Positions 1-11,247 of a DNA stretch of 64,000 nucleotides are shown piece after piece; the stretch's first letter is position 1; the number at the start of each line of letters is the position of its first letter. Position numbers and translations under genes: made by a program. Origin of the DNA: Vermamoeba vermiformis (Eukaryota); NCBI GenBank assembly GCA_045837725.1, contig JBEWZL010000272.1:62001-126000 (forward strand). Direction: 5' to 3'. The notes below the pieces were generated by a model, which was not told the DNA's origin, ran no database searches, and saw nothing but the letters and a program-made list of their open reading frames with translations.

Positions 1-74
1 TCTCTCCGAAACCAAACAATCGGTCGGTATCTACTGGGCCAATCTCTCCACTTGTAAATATTCAACTGCCTCCC

Positions 75-3000
75 GTGGCCCCGCGTAAAGTTGCATCAGT
101 GTCGCCTCCTGGCTCGGGAGAATTTGCTGCTGCTGCACGCGATGCAAAAGCCAACAATAGTGCACAAGCGTCTGTTCCTCCCCCTACAGCGCCACGTAAA
201 GTTGGAGTGGCCGTAGAGAGCGGACCACCAAAGGTGTCACCTGTCCCACCTCCAACCGCGCCTAGAAATATACCCAGCACGCCCACAGACCCACGACCGC
301 TATCAATGTCACCCTCAACAACAAGACACGCTCTCACTGTAGACTCACGCCCAGCATCAACGTCTCCATCACTGCCAAGAAACAAGCCCGCAGCAGTTCC
401 CCCTCCGACTGCGCCAAGGAATATACAAAGCACTGAACAACGACCAATGTCTCCACCACCAACAAGAAATACACCTAACAACAGGCCCGAAACACCGCCT
501 CCCGCACCACCTGCCCTAAGAGACTCTACGCCCAAACTTACCGTGCTACTGACCTCGCCTCAAAATTCAAATGACAGCGACAAGTCTCCATTACCCCCGC
601 GTGAAGGCAATGTACCACCCCCAGTCGCTCCGCGAGTAAATGCTACGCAGATCCAAACAACAACCGAGGAGCTACCTACAGTACCCTCCCGGAACCTACC
701 CGTCTCGAATAACAGTGCTACGACCAGACCCATGTCACCTGTTCTGGGTCGAAATAATCCTGCGGCTGCAGCGAAAAAATCAAGCAATCCGTCGACCCCA
801 TCATCTTCGGGAGAGTTTGTCATTCCTAAATCCAACAGTGGACCCACGATACCGCGCGTCAATACTCCGCCACCTGTTGCTCCAAGAACCACGGGAGATG
901 CACCCTTAAATCCAACAACAGTCATCGACCAACCGCCTAAAACTACTGTTCTGCCTCCTGTCGCCCCGAGGAAGGTTGGAGAGCGTGTCGCTACAACCGA
1001 AGAAACGGACCAGCCAACAAAGATTGGTTCAAATCCCAATTTGGTACAGCCTGCCGTTCCAAAGAAAAGTTCAGAAGCGGGCACTGAGTCTGTTGCAGCA
1101 CATAGTCACGGTGTATTAGCTAGCAGCATGCCAACTCGAAGTCAGCCGCACACTGAACTTCGATCATCCACTCCAATTACAACACCGGACAATAAGAAAG
1201 TACCTTTATCTGCTCCCTCGAAGCTTTCATCGAGTCCCGTTGTCGTTGTTCAGACTTCCCAGCCGAAAGGTCCCCCACCAGCACCACCAAAAGTACGAGC
1301 TGAACCTGAGAACGTTGGTGCGGTACCAAAGGAACCACCTCCAGCAACAAAGGAAAGCACGGAGACAACGGACAAGGAGGATGGCACTAAGCTGACCGGT
1401 CCCAGACCCAAATCCGCACCTATAAAAGTTCCAGTTATTCAGGCCAACGTGCAAAGGAAGACAGTGGACGATTCATTGTCTCCACGAAGCGTTATATCAC
1501 CGAGATCTAAATCCCCACCACTCCTCAGCCCAAGATCAATTCAAACAAACCAACAATCTGTACCAGCAATTCTAATCAACGAAGAGCCTAAACCACAGCC
1601 AGCCAGCTTCACGTACTCAAAGCCACTGGTGTCCTTACCACTTGGAGGAACTGACCAAGGAGTAACTCGCTATACTAAGAATGTTCGTCCACCAACTCCA
1701 CCACTCGAAGATGATGCATTAGACCAAGAAGATCAAGGAGTGAGTCATTATTCAAAGAACGCTCAACCGCCGAATCCACCAGAAGATGACACGCAAGACG
1801 TCAAAGATCAAGGAATCACTCGCTATTCGAAGAATGTTAGGCCACCAAGTCCGCGAGGGGACGATGATGGTCCGACAGGCTTAGCTCCTCCGGATACCGA
1901 CACGAAGCGAATATCAGTCGAAGTTGACATCGACCCAATTTCGCTCACACTATCACCAAGAACTCTGCAACAAAAAATACAAGAAGTCGATGAAGGATTC
2001 TTTTACAACGGATTAGATTACTACCTTGACCCAGAAAATCAACCAGATTTCGCCAGTGACTTTCAAGAAGCGAGAAGCAATGGCCCCACTAACTCCAATG
2101 GGACAAATGATGCCAAAGAAGCTCGAAAGTCTGCTTGGGTCAAAGTCACTAAGCCTAAGAGTATAATTTCTCCGCGAGACATCTTGACACCTGATTTGGC
2201 CAAGTAAGTAAAACCACACTGTCAAAGTTAAACTAACGATCTTTTGTATTCAGAGCACGAGGCACAATCGACCCTGATGAGGTAAGCCCATTTAATAGTC
2301 ATCAGTCCAAGTCATTACTAAGTAACGTTTAGCTACCTACACGACCCGTCTCGGTGATGATAGCGAACAGAAACATCAATGACAACGAACCTCCAGAAGA
2401 AGACAGCGGAAATGAAAATGACGCTCCACCAGGCGATGTGCCAGCTGACCCGAAGGAAGATGAAACCGACGAAAACAAGTTGGCAATGAAGGCCAAGAAA
2501 GACCTCAAAAAGATTCAAAAGTTCTTCACCAAAGTTATCCCGAAGAAGCTGGGCATTAACAAAGATAAAGAAGACAAAGACGGTGACTCGAGCGACAGTT
2601 CATCGGACAGCGAGGGCAAACAACGACCTAAAACAGTTGCTTTTGAAGACCCCACGCTGACACCGGAAGAGCGTGAAGAGCGTAGAAAACAACAAGAAGA
2701 GGAAGAGCGACATCCGCAAGGAAGAGAAAGAACGACGAAAACAAGAAAAAGAAGATTAAAACGCGAACAAAAAGAACGAGAAGAAAAGGAGAAAGAAGAG
2801 CGTGACAAAATCAAGCTAGCCGAGAAGGAAGAAAAAGATCGACTTAAACGCGAAGAGAAGGAAAAAGAAGACAAAGAAAAGGAAGAGCGAGACAAGATCA
2901 AACAAGCCGAAAAAGAGAAAGAAAAAGAGCGATTGAAGAAAGAAAAGGAAGAACGCGAAGCAAAAGAAAGAGAAGAGCGAGAAAAAGAAGCTGCGAACAA

Positions 3001-3353
3001 ACCAGCTGCGGCTCCTGTTGCGAACTTCAAGGTCGACAAGAAAGCTCGTAAGTATAACTCATTAAAGCATAAACGCGCATGTCTAACCTGATCTCGTTAG
3101 CAAACATTGCCAAAATTTTGCCAAAACTTAGTGAAGACGACGGAAATAGATTGAATCACGTAAGTCCACACCGTACGCACTACAATAAAGTTTTTTTTCT
3201 GACCTTCCTTCTCAGGCTACCGTTGATAGACCCGCCTTTAAAGGAAGACGACCGCCAACCAGGGTCCTTCGTCCCGGCATCGTCACGAGCGAAGGAGACA
3301 ATGAAATCGACGGCCAAGCTGCACCTACTCCAGCCACACCGATGGAATTTTAA
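75..3353 (+). CDS. Large proline-rich low-complexity protein with SH3-ligand repeats, charged coiled coil and C-terminal CPI (capping protein interaction) motif; 5' end probably upstream of window
   Basis: ORFs 75-2207 and 2354-3091 are joined by short GT-AG introns. Last exons 3101-3159 and 3216-3353 splice to give ...RLNHATVDRPAFKGRRPPTR...PMEF*. Confidence 0.75.
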
Positions 3354-3520
3354 ATGCAGCATGTATTATACTAAAATTAGCGATAAATTTTATGATAGCG
3401 CAATCGGAAACTCGATTTGAAGCACTACTAAAGGCTCGCTACAAATTAGCATTACTGCGGGCGCCCTACTCCTTATACTTTAATGTTAAGGGTTGTGGTT
3501 ATCGAATAATCAGATTGTTA

Positions 3521-3633
3521 GGGAGGCGTATAACTTCCGTGGGTTTAAAAAAAAATATATTTTTTTTTGGAGAGGGGGGGGGGTTTTGTTTAAAAAAAAA
3601 AAAAAAGGAAAGAGGGGGGAAAAAGAAAAGAAA

Positions 3634-3665
<32 letters not shown>

Positions 3666-3688
3666 GGAAAAAAAAAAATTTTTTTAGG
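3521..3688 (+). mobile_element. Probable second copy of the 160-bp MITE-like element, interior garbled into homopolymers
   Basis: First 20 nt GGGAGGCGTATAACTTCCGT are the exact reverse complement of 45473-45492. Flanked by direct repeat ATTGTTA (3514-3520 and 3689-3695). Length similar to the intact copy. Confidence 0.65.
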
Positions 3689-3768
3689 ATTGTTAGCACA
3701 AAATTCTTATCTCTTTTTCGTTGGTCATTTTAGTTCTTTTAACCGACGGATCAACATACGGGCGCAAA

Positions 3769-6700
3769 ATGGAGTCCTCAACCTCGCCCTCCAGTGAGGA
3801 AAACAAATCTGCGGATACGTCCAAATTACAAAAGGGAGCGAATTTGCTCTTTGACGCTCTGAAAAAAGAAACAATTAAGCAAAAGAATGACGAGGTAATC
3901 GATTCTTATCGTATTGGCTTAGCCCACTGGAATTCTGGATCGGACTTTAAATTTCTAAATTTAAAAAAATCTAATTTAATTCTAATAATATTGCAGATTC
4001 TACGATTAAATGAACGCATCAAAGAACTCGAAGAAGAAAATAGACAAAAAGATAGCAAAATATCTATGTATAAAGATCTGTTCCAGCGCTACAGAGATCG
4101 ATTAGCCGACGTTAATGACAGTGATGTGGATAAAGTAATATTAATATCACGCTTATAAGCCATTATTAATCTTGTTTCAGTTAGTGGAGGAAACTACGGA
4201 TTGGGGCGCAGTTAGGCAAACAATTCAAGTAGGTGTCTTTAGTGATTAGATTAAACTATATCTAACCCGATTTAAAATATAGAGTTTGGCCTTTGCATTC
4301 CCTAAGCTTGGTAACGCCGCTGCTCCGAGTTCTGAAATTGCCGAAACGCCCGAGACACCCAAATCCACTGCCGAGACGACGGACAATACTACCGACACTC
4401 CTAGCGAGCAGCCAAAGAAGATTGGTGGCTGGGGCAAAATTAATATCGCAAAACTCACAAAAGTAAATTTCGATCCCCGTGTGCTCGCTCACCCGATCTA
4501 ACCGTTCAACTTCTTAGCAAAATGCAGAAGCCTCACCCAAGAGTCCCAGCGGTGAGTTCCAAGCCCCTCAGACACCTACGTCGGAAGCACTCGCGGAGGA
4601 GAAGACTCCCGAGCAGTGCATTGGCATTCTCAATGTTGGACTTCCTTCCATGGCAGTGCTGATTGACCTCGTTAAAACACTCAACAACGGTGACGAAGAG
4701 TTCCTGTCTGACTTCTTGAAGGTACGTCGAGTCGATTTAACGCTGAACTAACTCCTGCTAGTTGGGTGGTCTGAGCGCTATTGCTTCGTGCTTGAACCGA
4801 TTTGAATCTCGTCCCAGCTTGTCGTTCGATCAAATTGTCGCTGAAACTCAACTCATTCAATGCATTCGCGTAAGTTTCACCTAAGATTAAGTACAGTTGT
4901 AATATCCTGACCTCGTGCCCAAGGCTGTCATGAACAACGACAACGGCATGAAAGCTGTCATCGCACAAGACTCCAGTGTTCTTGAAGACTTGTTGCCTGT
5001 GACGTTCAAATCTAAGAACAACTTGATGAAGAGTCAGTTCTTGAGCTTCATGGCCGCTGTCACAGTGTACAGTGAAGCAGGCTACAGAGTCATTCGCGAC
5101 GCGTTCGAATCGATCCCCGTCTCCATTCGATTCAAGTCTCCTATTCACACGTTGATGCACGAGTCAGGTACGAGCAATATCCAATGTGTCGTTAGCAGCT
5201 CCTAACAGCACCGTTCTATAGATACTATTGTGGCTACGGCCATCATGTCATTAATCAACGCGTACCTGTTGAAGACGAGTGACATCAGCGAAAGAATTTC
5301 AATGAGAAACTACTTGTTGCACGAAGAACTTGACGCAGCCATTGCTCGCATCAAAGCCGATGAAATCATGATGAAGGATGAAGATTTGGCCGTGCAAATT
5401 CAAGTCTTCGAAAACGCAGCTGCCCGTGACTTACAAGTGCGTAGACTGTCCACTTATGCCATTTTTGTTATTGACTCGTGCGTTTAGGACGTTGACAGTT
5501 TGAGCCACGTGGAAGGCATCGACTTGAACGATCCAAAGTCCATCTTTGAGTACTTGTTGATGCAATTGAAGGCACACGAACAAGACGGTTCTTTGTTGAA
5601 TATCTTGCAACACTTGCTGCTGGTCCCTCAAACTGACCTCGGGACCTCGAAAGAGATCTGGCACTTTATTGAAAAGGCCATTCACAAGGCCACCGCCGTC
5701 AAGTCCAAGGACGACTTGAAGAAGATCAGCTTGAAGGAGTTGCACGCTCTCGTCAAGGCCAATATTAGCGGTGAGAACAAGCACAAGGACACTGCCGCCA
5801 CTGAAGCACCCAAGCCACAAGAGTCCACTGCTACTGAGACCAAGACAGAAACACCTGCAGTGGTTGAGACTGCTCCTCCTCCACCTGGACCACCTCCTCC
5901 ACCTCCTGGTGGTGAAGTTGTCGATGCCCCGCCACCTCCTCCTGGCCCTCCCCCACCACCAGGAGGCGGTGACATTCCTCCTCCTCCACCAATGATAGGC
6001 GGTCCTCCTCCACCACCCGGCACAGGTCTCTCTTTGAAACGTAAGTACCAACACGTGTTGCTGCTGTACAGTACAATTCCTCTAACGAATTTACAGCCGC
6101 TGGCAAGAAACAACCAAAACCAGCTACCAAGTTAAAGCCACTGTTCTGGGCCAAGTTCAACGCTCAAGTACGTCGTTAAAATAACGTTATACAGGACTAA
6201 CCATTCCTTTAGAGTTCAGAGTTTTGGAAAGAAATCAACGATGAAAAAGTTAAGCTGGACACGGCGACATTCGAGAGTCTCTTTGCTGCCAAGAGTGCGA
6301 ACAGCGGCACCTCGAACAAGCCTGGTAAGGACGCTTAATGCACACCTGTGAGCCAATCCTGACTCCTATTGCAGAAGAACAAAAGGAAAAGAAGCCAACT
6401 GTCGTTAACTTGCTCGATGCACGACGAGGCAACAACATGGGTAAGTACTTTATTCACGATACCATATTTGAAGTGGTATTAATGCTTGCTTTAGCTATCA
6501 TTCGCACACAGTTCAAGCAGTTCAAGACGGACGAAGAGATCGCTCAAAAGATCCGTGACGGTGACACGAGCATTCCTGTTGAAGGTCTCGAGGCCTTGCT
6601 GAAGTACGCGCCCACAGCTGAAGAAATTGAGACTTTGCGTGGATACACCGGAGAGTTCTCTATGCTCGGCCGTGCTGAACAATTTGCCCTGGTCGTACGT

Positions 6701-7946
6701 TACCATTCTGAAGTTCGGTCACGCGCTAACATTTCCTTATTTGGTAGTTGATGACTGTTCCCAAGCTGACCTCCAAGCTCGAAGGTCTGATTTTGAAAGA
6801 AGAATTTGATTACAGACTTGCAAAGCTTGACAAAGATATCGCGTGCCTGCGAGCTGCTTGCGATGAAATTTTCACGAACGCGAAGTTCAAGCACGTGCTC
6901 GAAGTGCTGTTAGCAATGGGCAACTATTTGAACGCAGGCACGGTGCGTGGCGGTGCCTATGGATTCAAGCTCGAAGTGTTGAAGAAGATTGCTGACGTCA
7001 AGACCTCGACGCCTCCCATCATCACCCTCATGAACTACCTCGTGGAATACATCGTAAGTTGCCAAATGACACCTCCCAATATTCGTGACCTGACATTTTG
7101 TACAGGAAAAGCACGACAAGAACTTGCTTGACTGGCGCACGGACTTGACGCACTTGGAGGAGGCACTGAGCTGTACGTGTATCTCTCCATTATCTTATAC
7201 ATTCTAACGTTGTTAGTGAGCTTGAGCGAGACCAAGGCAGAGCTAGAAACACTGACGAACAAAGTTGAGAAAGCTTCAAACGAGTTACAGAACGCGGATG
7301 AAGAGGACAGTGCATCCAAGTACAACACGAAGATGGAGGTACGTTATAAATAATGATCGATTAGACGATACTAATGTTACGAATAGTCGTTCTTGTCACG
7401 TGCCAAGTTTGAAATCAACGAGGCGAAAGAGAAGTTCAGTGAACTGTTGACTGCCATGAAGAAGATGTCAACAGGACTAGGTGAGAGCAGTGAAGACGAT
7501 GTTTCTGAAATACTGCAACAAATCAAAGCGTTCGCCGAGAATTTTAGCGTAAGTCACAACCTTACCATGGAGCCAAATAGGAAGCTAATCTTATGCCTTT
7601 TCAGGCCGCTATTGAAGAGAACAAAAAACGACACGACAATGAAGAAAAGAAGAAGCGTCTTGAACTCGAGGCCAAGAAGCGCGAGGAAGAAGAGAAGACC
7701 AAAGCAGAGGCCAGCACCACTAATGACACGACCAAGCCTGCGAGCAGTTCGAGTGTCTTGAGTGCATTGACTGGCGGCGATAACAAGGCGAGTGCTGATG
7801 ACGTGAGAAAAGAACGTGAAGAAATGATGCGTAGACGTCGTGAACGATTGGCTAAGGGAGGAAATAAGGGTCCCGGTGTATTAGACAACTTGTTGGAGTC
7901 GCTCAAAAAGGGAAATTTTGATTCGCCCACATCCGTATCGAAATAA
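3769..7946 (+). CDS. Diaphanous-related formin (FH3, FH1, FH2, DAD), multi-exon
   Basis: Polyproline FH1 at about 5870-6020. FH2 motifs KLKPLFWAK, LLDARRGNN, LAMGNYLNAG, GAYGFKL. C-terminal DAD-like GVLDNLLESLKKG. Confidence 0.93.
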
Positions 7947-7988
7947 TTCCAAAAAGTTGTTCGCTCCGTATTTGTTTGCAATATAATG

Positions 7989-8624
7989 TTAAAATAAATT
8001 TATTATTTCATCTAGTGTATAGTTATCTGGAGTTACAAACGGCATATCATCGGCTATTCCGATTAAAATGATTTTTGGGTACCGATCCAAAAATGAAGGT
8101 ACGCGATGAGTCCTCTCTTTGATATTTTGTCTATTATTATCGATGTCTATTGTTCTAATTGGAATACAGACATTGCCGGGCTGCAAACTAGTGTCCAATC
8201 GGGCAAACATTCCAATATTCATGAAAATAAATGGTTCTCCGTTTGATTCATAATAATCTTTTGATCTGTAGCCATGCACGACTGAAAAATTATTGTGTAT
8301 TTCACCGAAAGGCTCTTCAAGCAGCTGCCAAAATGCTCGCCAACTTTTTCCTCGTGCAATTTGAATTACAATTTTCGTTTTGTGCTCTTTTGATATTAGC
8401 GCGAGATGTTCATATATATGACACAGGCTTGCAATCATCTCTTCTTCGTTGTACCCTGGTAAGGTTTGTTCTGTTGGTGTCGCTGTTCTTGTTTTATCGT
8501 CAGCTGGACTGCCGTGAAACGGTGCATCCATGGCGATTTGAATATTTACAGCACAAATGCACGATATATCGTTCTCTTCTACCTCCATAATTTTGCCGCC
8601 TTCGTAATTAATTCCAAAAGACAT
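7989..8624 (-). CDS. Intronless 211-aa protein, possibly a divergent nucleoside phosphorylase (PNP/UDP) fold
   Basis: Uninterrupted ATG-to-stop ORF. Segment FIFMNIGMFARLDTSLQPGNVCIP resembles the iiniGxaGgl..l.pGDvvi motif of that fold. Confidence 0.55.
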   Translation of the reverse strand: MSFGINYEGGKIMEVEENDISCICAVNIQIAMDAPFHGSPADDKTRTATPTEQTLPGYNEEEMIASLCHIYEHLALISKEHKTKIVIQIARGKSWRAFWQLLEEPFGEIHNNFSVVHGYRSKDYYESNGEPFIFMNIGMFARLDTSLQPGNVCIPIRTIDIDNNRQNIKERTHRVPSFLDRYPKIILIGIADDMPFVTPDNYTLDEIINLF

Positions 8625-9173
8625 TTTAACTGTTTCAAATAAACTAATTAGTAATAATAATAATTATGCAGTAAATTACTAATTATAATTATTTTAGAAC
8701 CCATTTTTTCTAAACAGAATTAATTGATAGAACACGCACAAATTAATTTTTTAGGTTACATCCAACAAAATAAAATCTTTAACAACTACGATGCTTACCA
8801 ATATTAACTAACTATTTATTAACTATAGAGCCTTCGGGCACTGAAGAGATGTATTTTGCTTGAAACGGCGATGGTGTTGCTCGAGACGTCATTCCCGAAC
8901 AACAGTTTTTTCGTTTTCCTTCAGCAGGTAACAACAAAAGCTCAATATTCGTATAAGTAGTATTTATATTCTCTTGTAGGCGTAACCAGCGCTTTAATGG
9001 GTCGCAAGTTAGGTCTTGTGAGAAAGAAGCGCTAGTTTGCAGATGCGACGAGTAAAACATAAGTAAAGCAATGGAAGTCAATAATGAGTAAGTATTTAGC
9101 AAATATATATATTTGTTTTTAATTTAAGTAAATTCACGTGCTTATACTGCATCAAATTAACCTAATCTTAATA

Positions 9174-11097
9174 GATCTGCACGTACGGAAAACTTGCTCT
9201 GCAAACCGTTCTTGCTAAGTGAGTCCAACGAAGGAGCATTTGCCTCGTCATTCAAATTTGATTCATTTGTACTCAACACACACTTCAACAAGGAGGCAAT
9301 AGACTGGCACAAAGTATATTGTCATCAAGTTTCAACGACTCGATCTGCAGAGCAAGTCCGAGTGTATAAAACATTTGGTAAGAATACTATCATTATGATT
9401 GTTACAATTTGTTAATTACGCATTATAGACAAAAATGTAGTAGCTGCATTAGTGAAATTTCAAGGGAAGCCAGGCATCCCTCGCTTAGTTGCGTACTACA
9501 GTGAACCAACCATCAACAACGTCATGGTCTATTATGCACTAGAAGAGTACACATCAAGAACACCACAGCCTAGCTTGAGCACTGAAGACATGGTTCGTCA
9601 ACTGTTGCAAGCACTGAAGTTGATTCATGAAGAGTGTGTTGAAGTTGGAGCAATTTCATTGGCAACAATACGCTGGCAAGGTGATGAAATCAAGGTACAG
9701 CAAGAGCATCAAGCATAACTAATCTAACAACACCTTCAGTTCACATTTTGGGAGTACTCTCACTACCGAGGTGATGCATTTAATAGCACATATGTGTGTC
9801 CAACAAAGGATGTGTTTGGGGCTGGCAAAGTCATTCAAGCCTGGAGCCAGCAGTATCCTCAATGTGATCAACAGAAGCTCACTCGTTTAGCTGAAGCAAT
9901 GGTAAGAAATTTTACTAACAATGTGTGAATATGGCTCACAATTCTCTTCACTATAGACTAATCCCTGTTGTTATCGTCAAATTTCACTTGATGCAGCACT
10001 TTCTGCCCTCGATGTCCCAAGAATTATTGACCAGTACTTTGAGCAATATAGCAACATTGACAACATGACATTTGAGTATGTTCAGTTGTCCTGCATATTC
10101 AATGTTAATGTCTCTTTGACAGGGAACGGCTGAAGTGTTGTGATGAAAAGGAACTGAACTTGTACATCTGCAAACAAACTGAAGAGATGTTCACAAATGC
10201 ACCAGATATGACACATGAAGAGGCACTGAAACACATTGGAATTACCAAGTTTGACATGAAGCCCAGTTATCCACACATTTACTACAGCTATTTGGATGAC
10301 CAAGAGAATGTCATCACAAAAATTCGCTCAGCAGGTAAGCCAGAGCTGCAATCACAATATCAAGTGCTGCAACATTGTTAACTCTGATCTATGTGACCAT
10401 AGAACACATACAGAGTACATTTGGCCTTGAACTGTTCGTGTCACAACTGCTCAGCAACAAGTGTGTGCGATGTCCTGAACTGATCAAGTACCATGTGTAC
10501 AAGAATACAAAGCACCCAGAGCACAAATTCAACATTATGATGGTGTTCTTGCGCTACTCACCTCATCCACCTGAAGAGTCGAAAAACATCTTCAAGTTCA
10601 TAGCGGATCTGTTCACAGCCATCAAAGTTATGCACGAACTGCACTTAGTTCACTCAGATATTGCACCACGTAACATTGCATGGGATGACGATGGAAGAGC
10701 TGTGGTATGTACATACTATTATAGCCTCGTTGGTCCAGAAAAGTAACTTCTTTTTTGCCGCAGTTAATTGACTTTGGCAGTACTTACTTTGCCAATAGTC
10801 TCTATATGAGCACACCACTCGATTTGATGACATTTGGGCACAAAGGATTCATGCCAAACGACGAGCACCGATTTTACGCGACAGACGTTTATAGTGCAGG
10901 CAAAACGGTTGAATATTTTGCACAGCAGTGGGGTCAATGGACTAACAAGCTCGAAGACGTTGTCAAACTCATGGTAAGTTTGTGCTATTTGATCTAAGTG
11001 CTCGATGTAACTTCGCTTGTAGACTGCTGAACATTGGGCTGCAAGATGTTCGCTGAAAAGTGCAAGAAAACTACTCGAAGCGTGCGACGACGATTAA
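9174..11097 (+). CDS. Tandem pseudokinase-kinase protein (non-RD), multi-exon; 5' end unresolved, possible exons from about 8830
   Basis: Second domain has VHSDIAPRNI, LIDFG and TDVYSAG. First domain has degenerate equivalents (LKLIHEECVEVGAISLATI, FTFWE, KDVFGAG). Confidence 0.8.
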
Positions 11098-11247
11098 TTA
11101 CGCTTGCTATAATTTAAATCGTAGAATAATTAATTTATGGTTGACTTAATTAGACAAGAATTGTTTTTAAGAATTTTTTGTAGAATAAACGCAAGTTTTT
11201 ATCTAACGTGTATTTACATTTGCTTGTTATTAGTCGCGTGACGTGCC

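Noticed and set aside
3392-3733. Lys/Gly/Phe-rich ORFs
   Set aside because: They translate the garbled homopolymer tract, not a gene.
62-7981. Long antisense ORFs (62-535, 560-1084, 2515-3039, 5431-6054, 7601-7981)
   Set aside because: Shadows of low-complexity or codon-biased sense exons.
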